From the human T2T-CHM13v2.0 reference genome, Homo sapiens, in the NCBI RefSeq assembly GCF_009914755.1, contig NC_060947.1: a stretch of 64,000 nt of DNA, one strand, 5' to 3'. The translations under genes were made by a program, and so were the position numbers. Below are positions 16,509 through 34,111 of this stretch, one piece after another. The notes beneath the pieces are model-generated. The model did not search any database and was not told the origin of the DNA. It worked only from the letters and a program-made list of their open reading frames with translations. The first letter of the stretch is position 1; the number at the start of each line of letters is the position of its first letter.

Positions 16509-18188
16509 ATAAACTTAATCAAATTGTTGTTCCAACTGCAGCTGCTGTACTACAAGTGGTTTTGTTGTGTCAGCAACTGTGACATCCCTCGGAACCTGAT
16601 ATACAATACTGATTAGGTGAATGTTTGGCTTTCTTTCAGTAATTGTCGTAAACAAGAATTTCAATTCAGCTAGAAAGGACAGCAATGTACTATCATTTCC
16701 TATTTCAAGCTTATATCAACTCTCTAGGTTTATATCCTAAACGAGTTCTTAGGGAAAATGGCCACCTTTCTCTTAAACCAGATGTGACACCATTCTTTGC
16801 AGTGATGACATTATGCTGACTGAAAAGGAGGCAGCAACTAATCCAGACATGGTAGCAACACACTTGCAAGACATTATGTGAGAAATAATTCTCACACAAA
16901 ATCAGGGGCCTTCTAACTGAGTGAAGCGTTTAACAATCTGGTAGTCTGGCATGTCAAGATGGTGGTTATAAGGTGAACAGCAAGTTCTTACATCTTGCCT
17001 TTCTTACTACTAAATAAGGAACATGAAACGAGTTGCATAATAGATGCTTGTTTTAGCATATACCTAAATGTTGTGCAGTACCGTGGACCCATTGACAAGT
17101 GACTGAAACCCTGCTAGCATGGACCGGGGCCCAGAAAAAGAGAAGCTTCCCTAATCCTGCACCTGTGGTCTCATGTGGAGTTCCCTGAGACCAGTTGACT
17201 AGAAAATAAAAAACATCATGCCTGATTTTCATTTGTTACTTCAGAATATGCAGGCACCACATCTATTAGGTTTGTTACTAATGCAAAAGAAATTGTCCCC
17301 GATTCAGCAGCTTAAAATAACACAAATATATAAGCAGTTCTGTAGATCAGAAATCCATGCAGCCTGGATTGGTTTCTCTGCTTAGGATCTCACAAAATCA
17401 AAGTTAGGGTATCAACCAGGCTGCTGACTAACTAAGGACTCAGAGAGAACCTGTTTTCAAGCACATTTGGGTTACGGGCAGGTCTAACTTCTTAAAGTTG
17501 TGGAACTGAGGTAGCCGTATACTTGCGGTCTTGGCTGAGGCCACTCTAAGCTACCTGAGACCCCTCCATACCTACTTGGGTGCACCCCTCTATCTTCTAA
17601 GCAGTAATGGTGCATCATGATTATGGTGGCTGAGATAAAGCTTATTTACGGGTTTGGCAACATGAACTTTCATTTACCAGGTCCATCTCACTACAGCCAC
17701 TGCTCACTATTCAATCTGACAGCAGCAGAGACCAACACTGAGTCCCCAATATGGCACCATGTCCCAGAGTGGTCAGTCAGCTTCCAGGTAGCACTGTGAT
17801 TACTTGGGTCTGCTTCCACGATTGAAGGGGTATCACTTTGATCTTCCTCAAATAGACACTTATTCTGCATATGGATTTTCATTCCCACCCATGGAACTTC
17901 AAGGAAATCGGTACTGTGGTATGAGGAAAGGCTGTATCCACCATCGTGGTATTCCACACTGCACCAGTTTTAAACATCAAACTCACTTTACAGGCAATGA
18001 AGTATGGGAATGGGCTCATGCTAATGTACTTCACTAGTCTTGTGATGTTCTTCAACATCCTGAAATGGCTGGCTCAATAGAACATTGGAGGACCTTTTAA
18101 AGCCTGAGTTGTCATTGCAGCTTTGTGGCAGTGCCTTGTGGGGCTTGGCTGACAATCTAGAAAGTGGCAAAGCTGAATCCTAGCCTCA

Positions 18189-20285
<2,097 letters not shown>

Positions 20286-20352
20286 TACCTGGCACAATTA
20301 ATATTTGTTGAATAATTGAATGAATTAATTTTTTTAAAAAAAGCATAGAATG

Positions 20353-20652
20353 GGCTGGGTGCAGTGGCTCATGCCTCTAATCCTAGAACCTTGGGAGGCT
20401 GAGATGGGCAGATCACTTGAGGCCAGGTTTCGAGACCAGCCTGGACAACATGGCAAAACCCCATCTCCACTAAAAATACAAAAATTGCAGCGTGATGGCA
20501 CCTGTGGTGCACCTGTAATCCCAGCTACTTCGAAGGCTGAAGCACAAGGATTGCTTGAACTGGGGTGAGGTCGAGGTGGCAGTGACTTGTGATCGTGTCA
20601 CCGCACTCTAGCCTGGGCAACAGAGCAAGATTCTGTCTTTAAAAAAAATAAA
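20353..20652 (+). mobile_element. Alu, duplicate of 3096-3395
   Basis: Near-identical sequence. Confidence 0.9.
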
Positions 20653-20896
20653 AAGCATAGAACGTTCAAGTCCTATCTGGAAACAACAGCCTTACAGGGA
20701 CTGCTACTGCAGCTCCAAATTATTGTATCAGACCAATCCTATCTAGGAACTACCTTTATTATATATATTGGATATACCCCCCCACACACGCATACATATA
20801 TATATATGGGGGTGTATATATAATATGTGTAATGTGTATTATATGTATAATGGGAGATTAGAAAGTGTGTGTGTGCATGTATATATACCCCCTACC

Positions 20897-20939
<43 letters not shown>

Positions 20940-21587
20940 TAAAATCTCCCATTAGTTCTGCCTTTTCGTTGAAGGCTGATGATACAGATTTCAACATTGA
21001 GATCGGGTTCCCACCACACGAGGGGCTAAGGAAGAGTATGTGTGATATGTCTAGAGAGCTTCTTAGTCCTCCTGTGTTTTTCGATTAGAGTTAATGGAAA
21101 ATCACAGCAACCCCATCCAGGCAGGATATCTAATGGTTCAGACTCTTCCGTAATGAAGGTTTGAGTCATCCTGCCAGGCCAAGCATCATGACCAACTGAC
21201 ATGCTATCTCAGGGCAAAGGGAATGCGAAACGGGTAGCGAAAGAAGGTAGTTATAAACGCCAGCTACATCAGTGTGAGCTGCTGCAGAAACCACGACTGT
21301 AATAGTATTTACCTAATGGGTTAATAATATCTACCAGCACAGGTGGGAATACAAAATAACCAAAACACAAGTTATCCTTTCAAATAAAACGCTTTGGGAA
21401 AAAGAACATCTTTTACTAACAGAAATTTCTTAGCCTCTGGAAGGCCAGTTGATTCGGTAACATATGCCAGGAGACTTCAGCAATATCCTGCTCCATTGTA
21501 GAAAACAGCAATCTGATCCTTTTCTCTCCTCAATCATTAACGAGATTATGCATTTGGGGTGTGATAATCCTCCAGGGACAAGTATTC

Positions 21588-24500
21588 TCAAATCATACGT
21601 TTCAGTTTCTTCTTAAGGTGCTTAACAAAGTCTCGTCTCATACATCTGAAGAGAAAGAGACATGTCATTAACCAAAAGATAGCCAAAGAACCTATGCTGT
21701 AGGAAGCGCTGTGACAGATAGAAAGATGAAGTAACAGTCAGCATGGAAATAGAAATGTATCTGCATGGTAAGAGGCAGTCTAGCCGGCATAACAAATGCT
21801 GGCAAGGGTGTGGAGAAAAGGGAACCCTCATACACTGTTGGTGAGAACATAAATTACTACAACAACTATGAAGAACAGTTTGGAGGTTCCTCAAACAACT
21901 AAAAATGGAGCTATCATATGATCCAGCAATCCCACTGCTGGGTATATACCCAAGAGAAAGGAAGTCAGTGTACCGAAGAGATATCTGCACTCCCATGTTT
22001 CCTGCACCACCATTCACAGTAGCCAAGATTTGGAAGCAACCTAAGTGTCCACTAACACGTGAATGGGTAAAGAAAATATGGTACATATACACCATAGAGT
22101 ACTGTTTAGCCATAAAAAAAAGAATGAGATTCAGTCATTTGCAACAACACGGATAGAACCGAAGGTCCTTATGTTAAGTGAAATAAGCCAGGCACAGAAA
22201 GACAAACTTCACATGTTCTCACTTATTTTTGGGAGTAAAAGTGTAAAACAACTGAACTAATGGAGATAGAGAGTAGAATGACAGTTACCAGAGGCTACAA
22301 AGGTTAGTGGGGGTGGAGGGTGTGGGAAGTGGGGATGATTAATACGTAGAAGTATGGAATAAATAAGATGTCGTATTTCATAGCCCAACAGGGTGACTAT
22401 AGTTGGTAATAATTTAATTGCACATTTAAAAATAATGAAGAGTATAATTGTATTCTCTGTAACGCAAAGGATAAAAGCTTGAGGTGATAGAAACCCCACT
22501 TACCTTGATGTGATTATTACACATTGTTGTCCGTATCACAATATCTCATATAGCCCAGAAATATATGCATCTGCTATGTGCCTACACAAATTTTTTAAAA
22601 AGAGGTAGTCTAGCAAATACAAAGAGTGTCAATTGAGGGACAATGCGCACCTCAGACTATGGTGAAAATGGAAGTCTCCATAGTCTTCGAAGAATGAGTT
22701 AGACTCAGATAACATTAGCCTAAGTAACTGTGGAGACAGCCATAACTGTGAGTGAGGACCAGGGTTTGAGAAACGCAAGGCAGGGGCTGTTCCCCAACGC
22801 TCACCCCCAGTACTCTATTGAGCCCAAGTGCTTAAAGAAATTGGACAGTTCCTATTTCTACCCACCTTGCTGCTTCCTTGATGATGGATTCAAAAAATCG
22901 TTTCCTGACTGCAGTAGGTCCTTGCACTCCTTCAAGCATTTCGAAGATTTTTTCATATTCTGAAGATGTTGAAAAAAAAACTTCAGTATTATCAAATATA
23001 AAGAAGAATAGAAGTGAATCTACACCTCAGCAATCATGCTTCAGAGGCTGAAATGTTTTAAATGCTTAAATCAAGATACCTGCACATACAAAACCTAAAT
23101 AATAAAAAAGACACCTGCACATACATACGAATGTAACTCCTTTAACCATAACCAAGTAAGAAAAGAAAAAGAAAAAATGTACATGCTTTAGTCAAAGAAA
23201 AGAGGAACCACCATAAATTATGTGCAATCTCAACTCTGGCAAAGAATGAGCCTCAAGAGGTAACATGGATATCTTCTGAATCATAGAAAGAGTGACTTCC
23301 TACAGTTTTATAAAACAGACGTTCTTACACTACTTACTTCGTCCAAGGCATCGGATTTCCTTCACTACTTGACATTTTATATCAGCATTAATTTCTTGTT
23401 GGCTTTTGGGAGAGGAGGCTATTCCTCTGCATTCTAGGTCATCTCCAGAGAAATTGCTGGTAACATTTCCTCCCACAGGTGCATTGCTACCAGGTTTCTG
23501 CATCATCCCATCTTTGCTGAAACCAGTGAAGTCATCAATCTGAGAATCCAATTGGCTGGGTGGAATAGCATGTCCTGTCATAAGCTCTGGTGAAACAGAT
23601 TTTGAGTAAAAGCCATCAGTTGGTGTTTGACCACTTTCTTTCCCCTCCACATAAACCTCATGAATGACAGATCTGGAAATCAAACTGAGAAGTTGAGCTG
23701 TGAGATACGTGTGTTTCATCACCCCTCTGGGTACATCTATGTGCTCCTCAGTTTCTAGGGAATTATTTATTTCATAAATGGGAGGATACACCAGGGAGAA
23801 ATCCCAGGCCTGACAAACGGAGGCCAGGACACATAATACAATAAAACCACCTCCTATTTTCTGTCGCCTTGAATAGATATGGAAACCAAGTAAGGCAGTA
23901 CAACTCTAAAGCAACATTCACAGATCCCTGGTACTCATGGGACAGTTTCAGCTTGTTATGCTTTACAAGTTGAAAGCAGCAAGTCTCACTTGATATCATG
24001 ATTTCTCAAACTCACTTACAAACTGCCATGCTTTACTGAGCTGGAACCCAGGCAACTGGGATACAACTCAACCGGTCTCCTGTTATATCAAACACATTCT
24101 GAGAAAATAGAGGCGGCCATTACTGCTAAAAGTTCTATACGCACTCCACCACCAAAAAGTCCCTTTTACTGTATGATTTTCCTCATCCTTCCTTTCTGTC
24201 TCACAAAAGTGACTTTCTTTTCACTCCAGGTCTGACACCTCTCATTTATTCATCGTCTGTGGCAGGCAGCGTGCCGGTAGCTGGGGATCAGCAGTAAACA
24301 GCCCAGAGAGCAACGTTCCCTGCCCTTGTGGAGCTCACATCCTCATGGGGCGGTCAGACAGTACGTGCACAATGAGCAAATGAAACATACAGTGTTGGGC
24401 TAGTGGTAAGGAAGCAGTCCACAGGCCTGTGGGCAACAGCAGCAGAGGGAGCCCCAGGAGCTGCTGCTGGTTGGGCAGAGCCTTCTGTGGAGGTACCCTT

Positions 24501-25677
24501 GGGCAGGGCTTGAAGGAAAAAGCAGAGCTGCCTGCGCAGAGGCAGAGGGGGAGTTCCAGGTTGCGGTGAGGCCAAGGATATGGGCTGGAGTGGGGATGGA
24601 CCGGGCACTATGGGGTGAAGGACAGTAGCAGAGAGAGTCAGGAGATGATGGGGCCCGTGTGAGGAGAGGGTGACGGAGGCCAGGCCACGCAGAACCTCGC
24701 AGACCAAAGCTGCTTCGCAGTCGGTTCTGAGTGCTTAGGAGTGTTGAGGATGGGTGTTCAGGAGCGACATGGCATCACGTGATTTACATGCCAACATCAT
24801 GACCCGGCTGCAGGGTTGGAGGGTATGTGTTTGATGCGGGAAATAATGGGAAACATGGAGGTTTCTCAGGAGCTCAGTGATTGATCGTGGCAGAGTGGAA
24901 TAGAAGGAGAGAGAGAGATGCTGGGGTTCAGGAATTTTTTACAGTATTTAGAGAAGAGAAGAAAAAGAAATGTAGAAAAAAACAATGATGGGGTCGGGGG
25001 CGGTGGCTCGTGCGTGTAATCCCAGCACTTTGGGAGGCTGAGGTGGGTGGATCACCTGAGGGGGGGAGTTCCAGACCAGCCTGGCCGACATGGCGAAACC
25101 CCATCTCTACTAAACTTACAAAAATTAGCTGGGTGTGGTGGCTGGTGCTTGTAATCCCGCTACTCGGGAGGCTGCGGCAGAAGAATCACTTGAACCCAGG
25201 AGACGGAGATTTCAGTGAGCCGAGATCGCGCCACTGCACTCCAGCCTGGCTGAGAAGAGCGAAACTCCATCTCAAGAAAAAAATGATAGGGATTCACCAA
25301 TACGGACAAGAAATTAAAAAAAAAAAAAAAAAGATTGTCGGAAATGGAAATCCTAGAAGGTTTTCATGAAGAAGCCAGTAAACAACTGTCAAATGCTGCT
25401 GAGAAGTTAATGGAAATGTCAGCCGAAACTGTTAACCTTGACAAGGACAGTTTCTCTGGAGGGGATGAGGCAGGAGCATGAGGAGGACGTGAGGACAGGC
25501 TTACTTACTCTTTTCTTTGGACATGGCAGAGCCTGCAATAAGGCTGTCTCCTGCTCCTTGTTTCCTTGCCAACAGGGCCATCCTCTGCCTTTTCTGATAC
25601 GAAGGACTGTCACATTCCCTGGGACGTTTAAACACAGTTTCAGGATCTACAGCCACCTTCTCTGTTTTATCGGTCAT
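21588..25677 (-). CDS. CT45A10: Cancer/testis antigen 45A, divergent terminal paralog, 189 aa (…SKEKKLMTGH…SKDGMMQ…ECRGIASS…[16 protein letters not shown]…). Coding exons 25677-25509, 23586-23338, 22959-22866, 21645-21588
   Basis: GT-AG junctions and 570-nt open frame verified. It differs from copy 1 at 11 residues. The symbol rests on the recalled variant sequence and adjacency to SAGE1, so the family is certain but the number less so. Confidence 0.9.
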
Positions 25678-28600
25678 TGTTTCCTGAAAAACATCAATGA
25701 ATATATTCTATTCATGACAAAAATCTAACAATCACAAAATGGCAAGCAATCTGCATATGTGTATACAACCAAGACTTTGAATCATTAATTTCACTTTTAA
25801 TCATGAGCCAAGATTTACCAAGTCTCAACAAACACTCTGTTCTCAGGAAAAGAAACCTAATTTTAATGTACACAAAGTAAAACAGAAGAAAGATGGTATA
25901 ACCAAATCAATCAGAATGCTTGTGGAATAAGCAGCTGTCATCAACCAAAAATAGATAAAAATATTATTACCTATTTGAAGATGTATAAGCCAATCTGTAT
26001 TAACCCTTATTAGAAAAAATGGATGTATAAACCAATCTGTATTAACCCTTATTATACATTATATTTTAAATTATATATTATATATCATATATATTTAATA
26101 TATAAGTATTTATGCTTATATATTCAAATAGATGTATAAACCAACGTGTATTAACCCTTATTAGGAACCCTTATTAGAAGATTGATACAAAACTGATAAC
26201 AACATCTGACAAGGAATTTAGAAGAATGAAAAACTACAAGATCAAGCCAAAAATACAAGCCAAGATCACCCCGAACTTAGACACAAAAATTCCAAACTAA
26301 GGGTGAGCAAATAAAATGTACTAGTACTTAAAAAGGACATACATCAGCCATGGTGGAGTATATTGCAGAAAGGCAACACTGATTTAACATTTGAAAATCG
26401 ACAAATGTAGTGCACCACATTAACAACAACAACAACAACAACAACAACAAAAACAGGGAAACACCGCATGATCATTTTCATACATGGATCAATGTTTAAA
26501 GTCCATTCGTGATAAAAACTATCACCAACTTAGGAAAAAGGGCAACTTTCCTATTCTGGTTAGCATATGTACAAAAAATTTTTAAATGCCATACTTCATA
26601 GTGACGTATCAGTATTTTCTCCCTGAGTTTGAAAACAAGACAAAGATGTCCACTATCCATTCAACAATTTACTGGAGGTTCTAAAAAGTGCCATATCATC
26701 AGGAAAATACAATAGGTTTAAAATTTGGAAAGAAATAAAACTGTCATTATTCACAGATGACATTGTTCTGTACATAGAAAAATGCAGAAGAATAAAATCA
26801 TTACAGTTAATAAGCAAATTTAGTCAACTTACTAGATACAATGAAAACCAATGGCATTTCTGTATAATGAATAGCAATTCTGTATAATGAATGGCATTAT
26901 ACAGAATGGCAATTCTGTATAACGAATAATTAGAATATGAGATTTCAAATGTCATTAAAAACAGTTCCAAAAACATCAAATATTTAGGAATAAATCTAAT
27001 CAAGATGTGCTAGAGTACTTCACAAAAATTATAAAACATCACTCAGAGAAATTCAAGACTGCAGTAAATGGAGAAAAATATTCTTTCCATGCATTGGAAG
27101 ACATTTTTTTTTTTTTTGAGTCGGAGCCTCGCTCTGTCACCCAGGCTGCAGTGGAGTGGCACAGTCTCTGCTCACTGCAACCTCCACTTCCCAGGTTCAA
27201 GCAATTCTCCTGCCTCAGCCTCCTGAGTAGCTGCGATTACGGGCGCCTGCCACGACGCTGGATAAAGAAAATGTGGTACATATACACCACGGAATACTAT
27301 GCAGCCATCAAAAAGAATGAGTTCATGTCCTTTGAAGGGACATGTGTCAGCAAGCTAACACAGGAACAGAAAACCAAACACCACGTGTCCTCACTCATAA
27401 GTGGGAGTTGAACAATGAGAACACATGGACGCGGGGAGAAGAACATCACACAGTGGGGCCTGTCAGGGGTTGGGGGGCTAGGGGAGGGATAGCATTAGAG
27501 AAATACCTAAGGTAGATGACGGGTCAATGGGTGCAGCAAACAACCATGGCATGTGTCTTCCTATGTAACAAACCTGCACGTTCTGCCCATGTATCCCGGA
27601 ACTTAAAGTATAATTTTAAGAAAAGGAATATTATCGTAATGGCATTGGGTGAGTCAAAGATGTTTCTTAAAATAATAAAAAGCACTATCCATAAATAATA
27701 CACTAATTAATAAAAGTAAGAGAATCTGTTCATCTACAACACATTATTGAGATCGTGTAAAAGCAAAAAAGATTTATAGAAGATACTAAAATTGTATATG
27801 TATTTTTGTATATGTACATATACGCCTGTGTGCCTGTGCGTATAACTCAAATACAGAATATATGGAAACTACACATCCATTTTTAAAATACAAACATCTC
27901 AGTAAAAGCTGGGGGAAAATACCTGAAAAGGAACTTCATAAAAGGCATAGTTAAATGACCAATAAACACATAAAATGGTGCTTAAAAAAAAAAAAAGAAA
28001 ACAATAAATAGCTGGGTGTGGTGGCACTGCAATCCAGTCTGGGTGACAGAGGGAGACCTCATCTCAAAAGACAAACAAAAATCAATAAATAAAAACAATT
28101 TCTTAAAAAGGTGCTCGATCTCATTAATCAGCAGAGAAATGCGAGTGTAGACACAAGGAGAGATCACTGCACACCCATCAGAGTGGCTGGAATGAAAGAC
28201 TAACTGTACTGCGAGTGTTCGAATGTGGCACAGCTGGAACCTTCGAATATTTCTGGACTCCCATTCCCACACAGACACCTGAGGCTGTGGCTGAAAGGTC
28301 AGATAGAATCCCAGGAAAGAGCTCCTTCAGAATTGCGATCAACCAACCGAGGAAAAGCACCCCAACCTGGGTCGAGACAGAGTTCCCAAGGTCACGTGGC
28401 CTCCTTCATGGCTGACACAGAGCTCCCTGAGTCCCACCATAGGCTTAGAGAATCCAAGGAACATTACCCCATTCCCCGGCGGCACCGGGAGAGAGCACCT
28501 ACAGATAATAATTTTAAAAACCCAGCACCAAGAGAAAGCATCCAGTAAGCGTCCACAACGGGGATAAGCAGAACCAAAGAAAAGCCAACACATTGTAACT

Positions 28601-29167
28601 GAGAGCGAGCAACATCCGAGGACAAATGCGCCTCACGGCCGACATCAGTACCCAAGGAAGAGTCCACCAGAGGTTGAGATAAAGCCCCCGACAGTGACCC
28701 CACAGGGCTACGATCATGTGTCCGGGGCACAGCCACCCCCACCACGTTCCATGAGCACAGATAGTGTCCCCAGGGCAGAGTCCCCCCTCAGGACAGCGAC
28801 TGAGCGGGAAAGAAACACCGCCGCACCCGAGGCCGACACAGGCAACCAAGGCATGGCCCCCACCCCCCGGGCTCAGGTCATTTCAGCAGGAAAAGTCGCC
28901 TTTTCCATCACCGACAGGGAGCCCCCAAGAAGAGCCCCCAAGAAAAGCCCCCTGGCCCCACAACATAGCCGAGACGGGGTGCCCAAGGAAAACGCTCCCC
29001 CGCGGCTGACACAGGCGCCCATGGCGGTGTCCCCAGAGCTAAGCCACTTCCCCAAGGGAGCCCTCCCACACACCGGACAGAGAACACCACAGAAAAGACT
29101 CTTTCTGAGGAAAAAGGACACTTTCCAGGGCGAAATTAAAGCATCCAGGGAAAAACTGCCCACTCAC

Positions 29168-30070
<903 letters not shown>

Positions 30071-30997
30071 TAAGGAAGGAGACCACTACTACTCCTGCTG
30101 CCCTCCTCCCCCTACCTTGCCTAGTTCACAAGACAGGAGGAAAGAAAGAAAGCAAAAAGTTGGAAAAAAAAAAAGTAAAATAAATAGCCAGACAACCTTG
30201 GCACCACCACCCGGCCCTAGGAGTTAAAAAAAGTGATAATAATTTCAACCCCTGACCTAAACTACTTGTGTTATCTCTAAATTCCAGACACTGTATGAAA
30301 AAAAGCATTGTAAAACTTATTGTTCTGTTAGCTGCTGCATGTAGCCCCCAGTCACATTTCCCACACTTGCTCAATTTATCACGACTCTTTCACGTGGACC
30401 CCTTAAAGTTGTAAGCCTCTAAAAAGGCCAAGAATTTCTTTTTCGGGGAACTCAGCTCTTATGATGCAAGTTGGCTGATGCTCCCAGCCGAATAAACCAC
30501 TTCCTTCTTTAATCCAGTGCCTGAGGAGTTTTGTCTGCGGCTCATCCTGCTACATTTCTTGGTTTCCTGATTAACGGACAGTCGAGGCAGCCCCTTAGGC
30601 AGCTCATGCCTGCCCTGTAGAGCATCCCTGCTGGGAACTCTGGCCAGCTTGAGCGATGCAGATCCTGAGAGCGCTCCGGGGTAGGCATTTGCCCCTGTGG
30701 AACGCCTTGTCAGAGCAGTGCACAGCAGGCCCCCGCGGAGGATCAACGCAGTGGCTGAACACCAGGAAGGAACTGGCACTTTAAGTCTGGACATCTAAAA
30801 CTTGGTAAGACTGGTCTTTGGAACTTGCCGACTCCATTTGAGTGGAAGCATGGCCAGATCACCCACGGTGTACCTGTACCAGCCCTTTGGTTTTTGTTTT
30901 TGACTTGACTTGAATTGCTTGATAATTTTAGTTTTGATTTTGACTTGACTTGAATTGCTTGATAAAAAGGCGTGCCTTTATTGGCACTTTGGTTTAC
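30071..30997 (+). mobile_element. LTR2B-like (HERV-E/Harlequin) 5' LTR 30071-30554 plus truncated leader
   Basis: Starts taaggaaggagaccactactac and ends ctcatcctgctaca, with AATAAA at 30491. A damaged tRNA-Glu-type PBS follows (tggtttcctga), then leader donor ttg|gtaaga at 30805. Confidence 0.8.
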
Positions 30998-33900
30998 CTT
31001 CCATGGAATGGAAGACATTATTAAGAGACATTATTGTTAATTCTCTCAGAATGAACATACCAATCATTTAAAATTCCACCGTGTTAACAAAATTTTTTCT
31101 GAAAATTGACAAACAGATAATTGTTTTAAGTATGTGCAAATCGAAGGTTTGGTAAAGCTAAGACAATCTTTAAGAAAAAGAACTAAGTTGGTAAATACAC
31201 ACTACTAAATATGAGATTTACTATAAAGGTAGAGTAATTAAAACCGTGTGGTATTGGAGCAATGACAGGTAAATACACCAAGGGCAGAGGACACAGAGGC
31301 CAGAAACAATCTGGAAATGGAAAATAGCTAGATTTACCACAGGAGAGCTCCTGTAAATCATTGTGGAAAGACTAGTGCTTTTAATAAATGCACTTCATAA
31401 ATGCAGGGAAAATACAAACTTTGATTCTTACCCCATCCCACTGCAGAAAACATTATTAAAGATAGATAGTGAATCCAGTAAAAAATATAAGATATTAGCT
31501 TTACAGCTTTAGAATAGGCCAAGGTGTTTTTGATTAGGATAAAAAAGGTCTAACCATAAAGAATACATTGTTTAATTAGACATAATTAAATGTAAAACTT
31601 CTATTCCTCAAAAGACACTCTTAAGAGAGTGGAAAAGCAAAGCATATATGTAGATTACATATTATATAATGTATAGGATAGGTTATATATAAAAATATAC
31701 ATTAATCATATATAAATATATATAGTATATATAATATAATATTTTATATATATACATATATATGTATCTGACAACAACTGAGTGGAATCCAGAGTATATC
31801 CAGAACTACAAATCAATTTTAAAAGCAAACATCGCAATAAAATTTGGGGGGAAAAGCTGAATATGCATATCATAAGAGTCATACTCAAATATACCTTTAG
31901 TAATCACATAAAATATACCCGGACTCTGACTTTACTCCATTCCATGAAAATTTATTTGAGGTGAATAGGAGATCTAGAAGAAAACTTAGAATATTATCGT
32001 CATGGCATTGGGGGAGGCAAAGATTTTCACTTAAAATAATAAAGAGCTCTAGCCATAAACAAGACTGATTAATAAGATTAAGAGAATCTGTTCATCTAAA
32101 ACACATTATTGAGATAGTGTAAAAGCAAAACAGATTTGTAGAAGACATTAAAATTGTATATGTATTTTAATACATGTACATATATGCCTGTGTGCATGTG
32201 TGTACAACTGAAACCCAGAATATATGTAAACTACAAATCCATTTTTAAAATACAAACATCTCAATAAAATTTGGCAGAAAAGACCTCAAAGGGAACTTCC
32301 TAAAAGACATGGTTAAATGACCAATAAACACATGAAAAAGTGCTCCGAAAAAAAAAAAAACAATAAATAGCTGGGCGCAGTGGCTCACGCCTGTAATCCC
32401 AGCACTTTGGGAGGCCGAATTGGGCAGATCACTTGAGTCCAGGAGTTCGAGACCAGCCTGGGCAATTTGGCAAAACCCCATCTCTACTAAAAAATACAAA
32501 GATTAGCCAGGCTTGGTGGCATGCGCTTGTAGTCCCAGCTACTGAGGCACGAGAATCGAGCGAGCCTGGGAGCCCAAAAAACAATCAAAAATCGATAAAT
32601 GAACACTTTTAAAAAGGGTGCTCAATCTCATTAATTAGCACAAAATTGCAAGTGTAGACATAAGGAGAGATCACTACACTCCCAAAGAGTGGCTGGAATG
32701 AAAGAATAATTGCACAGTGAGTTGTGTGCATGTGGCGAATCTGGAACCTTCAAACATTTCTGGACCCCGATTCCTGCACAGACATCTGAGGCTATGGCTG
32801 AAAGGTCAGATAGAATCCCAGGGAAGAGCTCCCTCAGGACTGAGAACCAACCAAGGAAAAGCACCCAACCCTGGGGTGAGACAGAGCTCCCAAGGTCAGC
32901 TGGGTGCCCTCGTGGCTGACACAAGAGTTCCCCGAGTCCCACCACAGGCTCAGAGAATCCAAGGAACAGCACCCCACTCCCCCACAGCACCAGGAGACAG
33001 CACCCACAGATAATAATTTTAAAAACCCAGCACCAAGAGAAAGCGTCTGGTAAGCGTCCCCATCAGGGATAAGCAGAACCAAAGAAAAGCCAACACATCC
33101 TAGCTGAGAGCGAGCAACATCTAAGGACAAATGTGCCCCACAGCCGAGAACAGCACTCAAGGAAGAGTCCCTCACAGGCTGAGATAAAGCCCGCGACAGA
33201 GAGTGACCCCATAGGGCTGTGATCATGTGTCCAGGGCACAGCCACCACCACCCCGGCCCTTGAACATAGACAGAGCTCCCAAGGCAGAGTCCCCCCTCAG
33301 GGCTGCCACCGAGCAGGGAAGAAACACGGCCACACCCGAGGCTGACACAGGCAACCAAGGCAGGGTCCCCAACCCTGGGCTTAGGTCATTTCAGCAGGAA
33401 AAGCCCCTCACATCACTGAGGGAGCCCCCAAGAAAAGCCCCCCGGACCCACAACATAGCCGAGATGGGGTGCCCAAGGAAAACGCTCCCCCATGGTTGAC
33501 ACAGGCTCCCATGGCGGTGTCCTCAGAGTGGAGCCACTTTCCCAGGGAACCCTACCACACACCCGACAGAGAACACCTCAGAAAAGACACTTTCTGAGGA
33601 AAAAGGACACTTTCCCGGGCGAAATTAAAGCATCCAGGGAAAAACTGCCCCACTCACAGTCCTGAAGTCCTGACCTTGCCGGAGGAGGGGCGGCAGCACC
33701 TCACAAAATGGCAGTGAAGTTGTGGCGCCTCCCCACTGTTGTAACTTTGTAGAAACTTGCCGTTTGGGAGTTATGGGAAACGTGCCCCCTCGCGTGCTTG
33801 GGAGTGATGCTCATGGGGAGGCGTCTCACCAGAAGCACCAATCCGGAAAGGCTCAAGGCGGATGGAAGGAAGGGAAGCTGACCGCTTTCGCGTGCCCTCC

Positions 33901-34111
33901 CCCAGCCTAACACTGGGAACCTGTGTGGGGCGCCAGAGTCCGGAAGAGAAGTTTTGCGCTCAGCAGGACCGCTGGCGCCAGCGGGAGAACCAGGAAGCGC
34001 AGCTCTCCCCTTAGCTGACTCTGGTGCTCTCTACAGGTGGCCTTCACTATCAACTGCACAGCGGGCAGAGGCAGAGGAACACAGAACCTTCTCACACAGC
34101 GGGATAAAAGG
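30998..34111. repeat. Diverged third copy of the CT45 intron-1/promoter block (L1M remnant, partial Alu at ~32370-32570, GC-rich block)
   Basis: Colinear with ~27085-29595. Pseudo-translations are similar (SGTFKHFWTPIPAQTSEAMAERSDRIPGKSS vs AGTFEYFWTPIPTQTPEAVAERSDRIPGKSS). Confidence 0.92.
33658..34111. promoter_or_regulatory. Probable bidirectional promoter: CT45-type exon 1 on minus (donor 33657-33652) and SAGE1 non-coding exon 1 on plus (donor GTGAAT at 34112)
   Basis: CpG-rich, YY1-like AAAATGGC, outward-facing donors. The SAGE1 start exon begins exactly at an acceptor, so it needs an upstream exon. Confidence 0.65.
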
